Assembly: GCA_951804945.1 (NCBI GenBank)
Contig: OX638158.1
Coordinates: 17,732,001 to 17,796,000, forward strand
Direction: 5' to 3'
DNA length: 64,000 nt
From: Podarcis cretensis
Lineage: Eukaryota
Below are positions 1-11,125 of the stretch, one piece after another. The notes below the pieces were generated by a model. It saw nothing but the letters and a program-made list of their open reading frames with translations. It did not search any database and was not told the DNA's origin. The translations under genes and the position numbers were made by a program. How positions within the stretch are numbered: the stretch's first letter is position 1; the number at the start of each line of letters is the position of its first letter.

Positions 1-1209
1 CTTAATCTTAAAGTGGACAGAAGATAACAAAGGTGATTCCACCCTTGCTGAGGCTGAGTGGAAGAGAGGCTCATGGCACTTCCTGCTGTGTCTTACATTC
101 CCCTGTGCTTAGCAAGGATATCATAGCCAGAGATGGTCCTCTCTCTGAGAAGCTTGTTCAAGGAAGTTTTGGCACCTAGGCTTAGGAAGTGGCTTTTAAC
201 GAGCCTGAAAATATGCCATGGAAGTATGAGAACAGGATCACAGTGATTGATGTCTGCTAGTATGCCTATGTGGGGTATGGTGGAAGGCAGTCCTTTGAGC
301 AGGCCTTTAAGTGTTCTGGGCTTCCTAAAGCAGATAGAAGCAGTTCTATACTAGTGAGAGCTTGTGGCGGCGGCTAATGCAAGACAGAAATGTGAAAGCA
401 AGCAAGTCCCTAAACATCAGGAGCAGAGAGGTGTAGAAAGTTGCATAGAAAGGCCAATCCATTTTTAAAAAACCTTAGTACTGTGGAGACCTCAGTTGGA
501 ATTTGGGATCCAGAGTAGAGTAACAAGAATGATGAATGGCCTAGAAGCCAAATTATGTCTGGAGAATCGGAAAGAGTTGAGTATATTCATTGTGAAGAGG
601 AAAGTTTTACTTTTGCATTTATTTAAATATATTTATATCTACTGCTAAATAATTAAGTTTTAAGAAGGTTGCTCTTTCTTAAACGTTAGGCGAAATGTCC
701 TAAGTATAAGACAAATATTGCCTATGACAGTTCTGGATTCTTCTTCCTTGGATAATTCTTTTAAAAGCTGAAACTGAAGGCTTTTAAGTATCTTGCCTGT
801 AGCTAAAGAGGTGTTGCTCAATGCTCCTTATTCTATGCAGGATTTGCAGGGAAATCCATACAAAGCATTCTCTGTGGGCCTCGTTAACCAGAAAAAAGCA
901 GGGCATGGAAACTTGAAAATTCTCTTGCATTGCCTCTGACTTCCTGTGCAAAGTAAACCTGTTGCTGTTGGGATAGTGGGCCCTTTCCTATGCTCAGAGC
1001 TCCCAGGAAATGCCTGCCTTTGCCATTGCCTGGAGCTGATGTTTGTTATGTCATTCCAGGTCTGTGTTGCTAAGGTACTTCCCACAAAGTAATTGCTTTG
1101 CACAATAACTGTGCAGCTTGTTACTTTCCTCTTGCAGTGGGTTCCAGATTTCTCTCTACAGCTTCAGCTGTAGGGAATTCATCATGTGCCTAGTATTCAG
1201 AGAGCAGTA

Positions 1210-1451
1210 CAATGGTACCTCTGGTTAAGAACTTAATTCGTTCCGGAGGTCCGTTCTTAACCTGAAACTGTTCTTAACCTGAATCACCACTTTACCTAAT
1301 GGGGCCTCCCGCATCCGCTGTGCCGCTGGAGCACGATTTCTGTTCTCATCCTGAAGCAGAGTTCCTAACCTGAGGTACTATTTCTGGGTTAGCGGAGTCT
1401 GTAACCTGAAGCGTCTGTAACCTGAAGCGTCTGTAACCCAAGGTACCACTG
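1210..1451. mobile_element. Tc1/mariner (Tigger-like) non-autonomous DNA transposon, family A copy 1
   Basis: TA-flanked, termini CAATGGTACCT...AGGTACCACTG; highly similar to 50237-50462 and 52358-52602. Confidence 0.85.
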
Positions 1452-2373
1452 TATGTTGCTGCTACAAAGCTGTCAGGATCTGTAGTCCATTTAGGTTCAG
1501 TTTTAGTTATATTCTCCAAATGATTTGCAGTGTCTCATCTTCCCTCTAATATAGAACTAACTTTTAATGGATGTTCTGTGTTTGATTAATATTGAAAATA
1601 AATTCTAAGTAGAGTAGGTCATGTGGACACTCTTTGCAAGAGAAAGGTTATCTTTTCACTCTACACACATTTCAGATGTCAGGAAATGCCTAACCTTCAA
1701 CCTCTGGCTGCGTAATTTTCCCAGCCAGAATTCTCCTGTTTTTTGGAAGCCTCACATAGGTCCTGTTAGTCTTCAGTCACGCCTTTCATCATCCAACTGC
1801 ATATTCGATCTGTCTGTCTCAGGAAGTCTCAAACTTTTTTTATAGCAAATCTCTTTAGGTCAAGGGAATTGTTCTTTCCTGGTTCTAAAGTTACAGGGCC
1901 AAAACTGAGAAGGCCCAGTCCCAAACACTGAGATCTTATTTCTAAAAGTAAAATAAAATAAAAAATTGAACTTGGAATGCCAGTAAATCTCGGGACCGAG
2001 AAAATTTTATAACAGAAGTAGATGTTTGTTTTTGCTTTATTCCACATGAGTGTGTTACATAAACTTTCACTGGTGACCTAGAATCTGAATCTGTGCGCCC
2101 TTCTTGGAATCTTCTGAGTTTTCTTTCCTCTTATCCTATTCACCATCTTGATTTTTATAAACTGTAAGCTGTTTTTACTGTCCACAGATTAATTTAGTAT
2201 AAAAGTACTCTTCCTTGTCACATAAATAACAAATACAAGAGAATGGTGAAAAGAGACTAGGGCTTGCTGAAGGAGTACCATACGGAAGATGGTAAATTAG
2301 ATACAAAGTCACTCCTTTGTATTGTCTACAGTCCTACAGGAAAGGCCTTCGTCAGGTGTGAGAAGTAAGAACC

Positions 2374-3132
2374 TGTCAGGGACTCAGCGGGAGCGCAGGG
2401 AGGAGAGGAGATGGAGAGCGAGGGGGAGCAATCCGAGGGCAGCGTAGGAGAATATGACAGCAGCCCGATAGATTCCATGAGCCTCACCAGCGAATCGGAA
2501 GATTCACAGAAGGGGGCGCCGATGGGCAGGGCAAGGGGCGACCCAAGGGGGACACCCCAGAAGCAAGGGGCCAGCGGGGACTCCCAGAGCAGCAGTTGGA
2601 AATCAGGACCAGCTTCCCCACCAGAGCGTAGTGGGGGGGAGGAGTCCCAGGTGTCAGAGCCCACATATGCACCACCAGCGAGAGAAGATGAGTCAGGGTT
2701 GACCACGCCTCCATCGGAGAGCGAGTTAACGGTCAAGAGGAAAGTTGCAGGCTGGGCGCGCGCGCCAAGTTCAAAGGTACAGGCGAGCGGCACAGAAGGT
2801 AGCCCGGATAGGGAACCAGGTCCTAAAGCCCGCCGGAAGGAGGGGCAAGAATCGTCAGGGTCAGCGTCAGAGGAGTCCAGGAAGGATGAGACCCTAGCGG
2901 GCAGGAGGGCCCAGAGGAGAAAGGAACTTAGGAAGAGGTGGAGCAAGGCGAGGGTCTTAAACTGGTGTGGAAGGGGAGGAGACTCAGACGGGACTTCGCC
3001 GGTCTAAGGTCGAGACGTAGAGCTGCACGCTGCGGCTTTAAAATGGAAACTGAATCGCAATAAAGACTTTTGTACATAACTACAGCCTAGCGTTGGTCCT
3101 CTGTGAGCTGGGACCTGGAGGCAGCTCTGACA
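2374..3132 (+). mobile_element. Solo LTR (759 bp), probably Gypsy/BEL-type
   Basis: Termini TGTCAG...CTGACA, exact 5-bp target duplication GAACC (2369-2373, 3133-3137), AATAAA at 3059-3064, CpG-rich relative to flanks; superfamily is inference. Confidence 0.85.
2411..3007 (+). CDS. 198-aa ORF inside the solo LTR, low complexity (acidic/Ser-rich N-term, Arg/Lys-rich C-term); expression unknown
   Basis: ATG..TAA wholly within the LTR; frame also open back to 2375; no domain recognised. Confidence 0.35.
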   Translation: MESEGEQSEGSVGEYDSSPIDSMSLTSESEDSQKGAPMGRARGDPRGTPQKQGASGDSQSSSWKSGPASPPERSGGEESQVSEPTYAPPAREDESGLTTPPSESELTVKRKVAGWARAPSSKVQASGTEGSPDREPGPKARRKEGQESSGSASEESRKDETLAGRRAQRRKELRKRWSKARVLNWCGRGGDSDGTSPV

Positions 3133-3974
3133 GAACCTGATGACTTTGAAGGGCTATTAGGAATTAGGGAACAGCACTCAAATGAGTCTGTAACAGATGA
3201 GCTTGGCAGAAGACACAGAGAACTGAAGAGCCTTTGGTGTGAGGACACTGTTCTAAACCCAACAGTTAGGCACACATAAACCCAATGAAATCCTTGAGTT
3301 TAAGTAAGCCAAACTCTGTGCTGGATTTAGGCCATTGACTACCTGACTGCACCTGGCACCCTCTAGGTGTGTTCAGCTACAAGTCCCACAAACACTAGCC
3401 ATTTGCCACTGTGATGGAGCTGGTGGGAGTTGTAATCCAAAATATTTGAAGGCACCAGTTTGGGAAAAGCTGATACAGCACTTCACACACTTTAATGCAT
3501 TAAATGCGTGGGAATTGAAGAATCAGTTCAACCATCCAAAGGGAGGCGGGGACATAATACAGATAGGGAAAGGGATACATTTTGCAGGACTGTTGTGCTT
3601 TGAATGAAAAGAAATGGCCAGCAGTAGTCTAAGTGAGAGTTGGTTGATCCAGAGCTTGGACAAGGATTCATCTGCTGTCAGAAACGAACATATTTGCACC
3701 ACCTCTCCTTACAGGTGGGTAGCAAAAACCGCTGCAGCAATTACTCATGCTTCAAGGATTCATGCTTCATCTTTCTCCCCCCACCCCCCGCCTTTCGGAG
3801 CAGGGGGTGGGACGACTTTTGAGTCTGGTCTTCCCTGTGTTTGGTGTCTCCTTGGTCTGTCTGCTCTTCTTGAAGTTTCCCTCCCTTGATGTTTCCGTTT
3901 CAGATGTTTTCACTTTCAAAGTATTTGTTTCGTTGCTTTGAAATTTATTATTATTTTATTTTATTTTAATTCAG

Positions 3975-4037
3975 CATCGGACCTTCCCTCCATACGCCAC
4001 GAGGCAGTGCAGGCGTGGCTGGAAGCAGTCCCAGGAG
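3975..4037 (+). CDS. MICAL3: MICAL3 candidate cassette exon, 63 nt, phase 1-1 (SDLPSIRHEAVQAWLEAVPG)
   Basis: T-rich tract + tcag acceptor, G|gtag donor, frame-preserving, three TGCATG downstream. Confidence 0.7.
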
Positions 4038-6253
4038 GTAGTTTTGCTGATGTTCTGTTTTACAGCTCACAAGTAACCCTGCCCGCCACTGCTGGTGCTA
4101 CCACCTGCCCGGAATTTTAGTGTTCCAGCTGCTGGCCCTTTTTTAACCATGGAGCTATCTATGCCTTTGGTGCTACTGCATGCCGGGTTGGGGAGGAAGG
4201 AGAAGGGAGGAGGCTGCATGTCTCACTGAGATGGTTAATTCTTGCATGAACTAGGCTTCCACGTTAACCTCTCCCAAGGCAGGCCAAACAAAAAAGAGGT
4301 CCATGTGTATTATGAAGGAACTGCAGCTGTTGTTGAGGAGGAAACGGATTTTTCATTTGTGCAGTAGGAAATTAGGACCAATTTAAATGTAACATTTATT
4401 GTATGTGGCACTTCAAAGAAGCTATGCAGATGCCTCTATGTTTTGAAGGTTGTTTTATGCAAATAATAATACTAAGGCCATTTATATAGAACTATATAGC
4501 ATTATACAGCAAAGGGTTCAAGTTACTTCACACTTTTTCTATCATTAATCTTTTTCTCATTAATCCTGTAAAATAGGTTAAGATTATTCCTGCATTGTAG
4601 ATGTCAGCTCATTTTAAGAGATGATAGCTTGCCTTGTAGCTTCCTCTGAATTCATAGCAGAGGTGACATTTGGATTAGAGACATTTTCTTCACAGCCACT
4701 ATGCTACAATAGCCCATGTGCATATGGCAGACATGAGCAGTGTGTAGTCCCAGGCACCTGGCTGGAAAATATCACAGCGACTTGGAAGCATCATGTTTAC
4801 AGCGGCCCCTAGTTGTGAATTTCTAAGTTTTTCTATTCCTGAGAGAGACCTGGGCACCCCCTGAATTTGAAAGTGCACCATTTCAAAGAGGAGAAAATGC
4901 TTTAACAAACCGAAGCTTGTTGTAACCCTAAAATCTGAGAGAGAAGTGGAATATGTTAGTTGTTCTTGCCAGGCCATCTTCTGGATCAGGGGTAGCCAAC
5001 ATGGCACTCTCCAGATGTTGTGGCCATTTAGCATGCTGTCTGGGACTGAAGGAAGCTGCAGTCTAAAACATCTGGAAAGTGCCCTACTCCCTCCCTGCAC
5101 TTATTATTCAGAATTACCCCTGTCACTGAGGGCATTTTAGGAAAGAAGAACCAGGTTTTTACAAGCTAAAAACTTAATTTTGCATAATAGAAAAGTGATT
5201 ACTTGAGATTTGGCACCTGAGTTTTGCATGAATGTAGTTAGTGCATTTCTAAAACCTTTTGCTTCTGACAGCAGAGCTTACAGGACGGCTGCATACCGCC
5301 TTACCCAGTTGTGGCTGCTGACCAACTTGGACAAAATGTTGGCTCCATTCGTTTCTGGCTACAGTAGTGCATAGCTCACAAATTTTGGTGTGACAGCTTT
5401 TATCCCTTTGCACTTCATCTTTAACTGCGTAGTGTGTGTAAATGCATACTTGTACAATAACTGTGAATAGGTACGTGTCTCCACCACACCAATATATGTT
5501 TGCACCAACGTGTTCCCAATTTGTACCTCCATTAAACATGTCACTGACTTCTGAAGTCTTTATTTTTATTCTGTGAATCGGCCTGAGATTATTCTGTGAA
5601 CTGCCCTTAGACCTCCGGGCATAGGGCGGTATATAAATTCAATAAATAAATAAATAAAATATATCTTGATAATGTTAACAGGGCAGTCATGGGAAATTGC
5701 ACGATAGGTTGGGCAATTACAAAATTTCATTTTTTTAAAAGAGGATTTTCCAAAACGTTGCATCACTTAGCACCAATTCTTTTAGTCTCTGAGATGCTAT
5801 ATTCCAGCTTACCCAACCAGTGCTTGCTTTGGATAGTTGAACAGACCAGCCAAAGTCTGGTAAACATATGCCAAATATAACTGTGCTTTGAAACTATTGC
5901 TTTGCAAGACAAAATGCACCCAACAGAAAACAAATCTGGTATCATAGACTTTCAGATAAGAGGTCACCCAGGCGATTTCAGGGCAGAGATGGGTAAAGTG
6001 AACCTATTAAAAGCATCTGTGAGCTGAGCTACATGATCAGTAGTTAATATAGTGCAACTCAAGGTTGGCTTTACGATTTCAAATGCAAATAGGTTCAAAT
6101 GCTTCCATGTTTTGTTTAGTTTAGTTTTTTAAAATTGTTCTATATAGTTTTCTCTCAGATATGCTAGGTTTAATATGCAAAGTTTGGTTTTATGGGGGCA
6201 GCATACAAACATACAGCACACCTCACTTTTAACTAGTGTAATTTTTGTCTTTG

Positions 6254-6329
6254 TTGGAAACTGCCCAGAGTGGCTGGGGAAGCCCAGCCAGATGGATGGG
6301 GTACAAATAATAAATTATTATTATTATTA
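6254..6329 (+). mobile_element. 3' tail fragment of a LINE (L2-like) with (ATT)n end
   Basis: CCCAGAGTGGCTGGGG...GTACAAATAATAAATTATTATT; inverted near-copy at 20249-20353. Confidence 0.6.
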
Positions 6330-6500
6330 GTGGTATAGTTCAGCAAAGTCTGCATCACATGATATTACTGTTTCTGGCAGTTAGATCTTCACACACAAAA
6401 GTGGACTTCTGAAGAGACCACAGTACACCTTAGAACTTGAACTTACATGCATCTGTTTTCTCCCCTACCCCCGTTTCTTTATGTATCATATTTATTCTAG

Positions 6501-6593
6501 CCCTGTGTGAGGAGAATGACTATGAAGATGAGGCAGGCACTGAGCCTGCAGAAGCTATTGAAGATGGGGACACAGGTGCAGAGTTGGATGATG
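6501..6593 (+). CDS. MICAL3: MICAL3 exon, 93 nt (LCEENDYEDEAGTEPAEAIEDGDTGAELDD)
   Basis: ttctag / gtatgg sites; resembles human DENDLEED...GDTGAELDD. Confidence 0.92.
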
Positions 6594-7184
6594 GTATGGG
6601 ATCACGAACTCCCTAGTGTGTCGTCAGACATAGTTTCTGTAGTACAAAGACATGTCTCAAACGGGTGCAGTGGTGGTATTTTGTGCAAGACTTAGCAAAC
6701 CCCAAAACATTTGAGCTCAGTGCATGTGCTGTTTTAGCAGTGTGTGAATGTGTGTGGAGACAGTTGTAATTACAATTGTGATGTTTTATTCATTTGAGGA
6801 TTAGCGGTGCTCAAGAAAGCTTCTGAGATGAGTGGAGAGAACCTATTGCTATCAGTATTGACCTAGAGCTAGCCATATGCTAAATGGGTATACAAAAGTA
6901 ATAAAGGATAAGTTAATTATTCAGAGAATGTGCCAAGTCCTTCACCAGCAGATTGTTTTAATGGGGGGCCATTTTGAGAATCAGATGCAGAAGGTGAGCC
7001 AGCCACCCTCCGTCCATCTGATTGCCTTCAAATCTTACTGTCACAGCCACCATTTCCCTTCACTCATCTCTCTTGACTCTGGGTTGGCAAGGTGAAATCT
7101 TACCACGAAGACACCCTAGATTTGCATGTCAGATCCGTTAGTTTTTGTTCTTCTCCTTTCCTTGCAAAAAACAATGGGGAGCAG

Positions 7185-7319
7185 ATGACATCCCATCTGA
7201 TGCAGAAGCAGAGTGCCGCTTGCATCAAGAAGAGGCAGAAGAACTAGAGCTGAAAGTCTCTGAAAAAGAAGAAGCAGCAGAAGAAGAAGAGATAGCTGCC
7301 CCTTCCGTTGAGACAGAAG
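7185..7319 (+). CDS. MICAL3: MICAL3 exon, 135 nt (DDIPSDAEAECRL...ELELKVSE...); acceptor position uncertain (7182 or 7185)
   Basis: Resembles human SPSDADRELRL...ELELRVSE; GAGCAG tandem acceptor; G|gtacca donor. Confidence 0.85.
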
Positions 7320-8484
7320 GTACCAAAATTTAATTATCAAGTCTGAAGCCCCAGGCAGTTTTGAGCAGTCTGCACTGCAGGCGGTACTGTATTCTAACAC
7401 AATACATCGTTCTCATTATCATTAAGTAAATCTGTGGCCAAGTTGCCAGAGAACATTTGCTGCTCAGGGAATGCTTGCAGGTGGCTGCCATGAAGGTGTA
7501 CACACGGAAAATGTTGTGTCAGGTTATGGAAATGATAGTCTTGCTTAAGTCTAGGCTGCCTTTTTGAAACCTGATTTGTCAAAAGCCCTAAAAGAAAAAG
7601 AATAAAAGGCCAAGGAATAATACTTGACACCTGACATTTTTATGGCAGCTGATCTTACTTGGATATTCAGGCTTCATAAGGGGGTACTAGCTGGAGCCAT
7701 GTTCACATTGGGGGGTCTTCTCAGTATGGGATACCTCTGTGGTGCTAGTTTCCATCAGTGGCTTCCTTTTGGCTCTATAGAAGGAGGACTCCACAACTTG
7801 CAGCCAACCATCTTAGGGTGGCATGAGTCTTGTGGAAGCTGCTTCTGCTGTCTTGGCTTTGGGGTTTGTTACTACCTTCCCTGGAAACAAAGGCTTCTCT
7901 TGTCATCTTCTGGCTTAATTTTCATCCTGCCCTTCTAGAATTTATGGAATTTGCTACCCCAAAATGTGGTGGTGACCACTAGCTTACGTGGCTTTGAAGC
8001 AATTAGGCAAATGCATGGAAGACAGGGTTATCAATGACTATAAGCTACAATTAGTGTCTCTGAATGCTTCTTGTGCACTTCTCAGAGGCATCTCAGAGGC
8101 CACTATGGGAAGCAGGATAGACTAGGATTGACCTTGTGTCTGGTCCAACTACCCTTTACTGCTAAACATATTTCTTTTTGACCTGTAATGAGCCACACCT
8201 CTACAAGCAGTGTAATATTTTAGCATCTAAAGCTACAATCTTGTGCATACCTATTTGTGAGTAATCTCCACTCATTTTAAAAGTACTTGCTGCCAAGTAA
8301 TATGCATCACATCAGGCTGCACCGATCATAGCACTGTGACTGTCTTGTATAACTGGGTGGAATGGTAGTGTTCAAGTTAAGTACCAAGTTGACTATCTGG
8401 AAATAAGCAAGGAGGCGGCGGTAAACTCAATGCACTTCATTTGGTTTAAAATAATTATTGACTTATTTGTTGGTTTTCCTTCAG

Positions 8485-8576
8485 ACCCTTGCAAGCTTTG
8501 TCTGCCTGACCAGTCACCGTGTGAGAGGGCTGCTCTGCCGACTCCAGCTGAAAACCACAAGGAAGAAGAAAAAGAA
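8485..8576 (+). CDS. MICAL3: MICAL3 exon, 92 nt (PCKLCLPDQSPCERAALPTPAENHKEEEKE)
   Basis: ttcag / gtaaga sites; supplies the phase 1 to phase 0 change needed between flanking exons; protein poorly conserved. Confidence 0.75.
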
Positions 8577-11125
8577 GTAAGAAAAGGGATTGTGATTTTC
8601 TTCATAGCTAATGCTCACGTACCCAGCTGAGTAAAATGTTAAAAGAGAAACTTGATCCTAACCCCTGATTCCATACACAAAATATTTGTAAGCTTATTTT
8701 AAATTTTTATTTAAATTTTTATAATAGATTGGCTTGCAATGTAAATGCACGTGGAAGTGCTTCTCTCATTGAAACAGGACTGGCAAATATTTGGTTTGGG
8801 ATCTCTGTATAAAAACAAGTTCCAAACATTCTGCCATGAATATGCTTAGAACAAAAATTGGTGAAAAATTAATGGGAATGCGTTTTAAGAAATTAACTGA
8901 GGTAGCTGAAGCCACTGAATTTGTGAGAGTGCTGCCTACGTTATATTTGGTACTTGGAAGAAAAAATCCAGAGTACAAAACAGAGGCATCATTTGTGAAC
9001 ACTGTGCTTTTATACAAATAGTGGCTTTTAATAACAATATTTATTATTCATAAAGTTGCTCAGCAGTCTAAAGCATATTTCAAAAATCAAGACAGGCCCA
9101 TTCCACACACTTAGAATCCTAGGAACACAAACCTACCTATGGAGAAGGTGTGATCTCATTCCTGTTGGTGCTCTCATTTTTGCTGTTTTTGCAAGCAAAG
9201 CCCACAGTGCCTCCATATATTATTCTGTAAGGACACAGTGTGTGTGCATTTAGAAAACACTACTCTTCATTTGATTCACAAGAAAGTATTTATTTATTGA
9301 AATATTTATATCCCACCCATCAGCTAAATGTCTATAGAACAACAGAAAATACACATCATTCAAATGACTGCCCCGCCCCCACTGTAAAGACCAGAGTAAA
9401 TAAAATCATTTTAAGCTAATGAAAGAAGAGCCAGTGCAGGACAGGAGGCCAGCTGAGACACCATCACAGAGAAGGCTCTCGCGTCATGGGTACAATATGT
9501 GAGGCAGCTGACACCTTAGGTGAAGCCATGTTTTACTTTTGTGCCTCATGCTCTGGAGTTTTCTTAGCTTTTTGAAAAGCTGATTTACTTTGGACGTTAA
9601 GAAAGAGCTTGCTAGTATCAAGCAGTACTTTTAATTGGCTATATTCTGTGACCAAGGGGGGTGGGCGGTGGCGGAATGAGACTTTCTCCTTATTCTTTCC
9701 CATAGATTTGTAGGTAAAAGACTCATTTCCCAGAATCTTCTTTACTTCAGTCTGTTGCAGGACAATTTTCCAACTTATTCAGAGCTGAGTCAGTCATTCC
9801 TTGAGGATGTGTCAGAAGTCACCCAACAATCATCTTTGCTGGCACTTCATGTGACTTGAACTAGTGTTATGAAATACAATCCACGTGCCTTGTGGGGTTT
9901 TTTAGCACAGCAGAAATGCTTAAATTCAAAAAAATACAGAACAAGAATGACAGTCATTAGTGACACAATGTCCAAAAAGTATACAGCAATCTAAATAGAT
10001 ATAAAAGTAACTCATATTGGCAAGTACTGTGGTCCTTATTCATGGTCCTTATTCACCAGCTGTCTGTCTGTTCTGCCCTTAGATCTGCATCATATTACTG
10101 AATCTGTTGAGAGCTAGGGTTGTTAATTAAATTCTGACAGTGGAAAGTACCCAATGTTGCATGGGAATTCTTAGAAACAAAATCCTCCCTGATATATATA
10201 ACTGGAAAATGTGATTTGTTACAAGGGCTGTGTATGCTCCCCAGTCCTGCCCCAAATCAATTCAGGAGGCTGGGTTAATATTTAGTTTGGTTCTTTTAGA
10301 TCCTATGCAACTGGGACAGGGAAGGAGAAATCGTTTCTTCTTTCTTGCTCCCCCAACTGCTCTGCAGGATGCAGAAGGGTTCAGTCTTGCTGGGTTCTTC
10401 TTCACCAGCATGCTTCTGGCTGGGAACAGATCCCTGTAGTCAGCGGAACTTCACCCTTGGTGGACGACTAGTGTATGTGCCAGTTCTGTTTGCCACCTTC
10501 CCTCTCCCATGTCAATGCCCCCAACGTGTCTTAGCTCAGTTTAGACCCAGGTGTCCCTGCTGCCGCTGCCACCACCACCACCAACGATGCCACACCACTT
10601 TATTCTATGGACGCTTCTTACTCAGCTATTGTTGCTGTTGCCACCACCAGTATTTTGCAGGCAGCAGCTGCCTGAGCCGGACCCACGTCACTGCCACCCC
10701 CACAAACAAACTTCTGCATCAGCCATCACCATGGGGGCAATAACCAAGTATGAGAAACCAACCTGCAACATGGGGACAGTTCTTCTGTCCTCCTCTCCCC
10801 CCACGGTTAGGTTCTCTTCCCACTTAGGACCTTTGCAGTCTTGGCCACCCATTTTTCAATCCTTGCCCAGTACTTTCTCTGTAGGTGACACACTGGCAAT
10901 CCAGATCCCTGCAGCCAGCAATATTGCATCCTCTGGCCAGTGCCTCATATGAGGAGAGTGTGCACTCTAGAAGATTTCCCAGAATTGCTCGTAACAATCT
11001 AGGGGTCTGTGGCAAACATGGAGCAGCTGGTATATGTACAATGTTTGGAACTCCTTGGTCTAGAACCTGCTGATGGGTGTTTTGTTCCATTGATGATGCT
11101 CTGTGTTTTATATCTGTCTGTGTAG

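Noticed and set aside
2315-2373. Acceptor-like AGs just upstream of the LTR that might fuse MICAL3 to the LTR ORF
   Set aside because: The phase-compatible acceptor (2339) meets an in-frame TAA at 2366-2368 before the LTR
10230-10952. Overlapping 69-133 aa ORFs in GC-rich low-complexity intron sequence
   Set aside because: No MICAL3-like peptide, no convincing donor/acceptor pair, and the flanking exons already join in phase; possibly an old repeat
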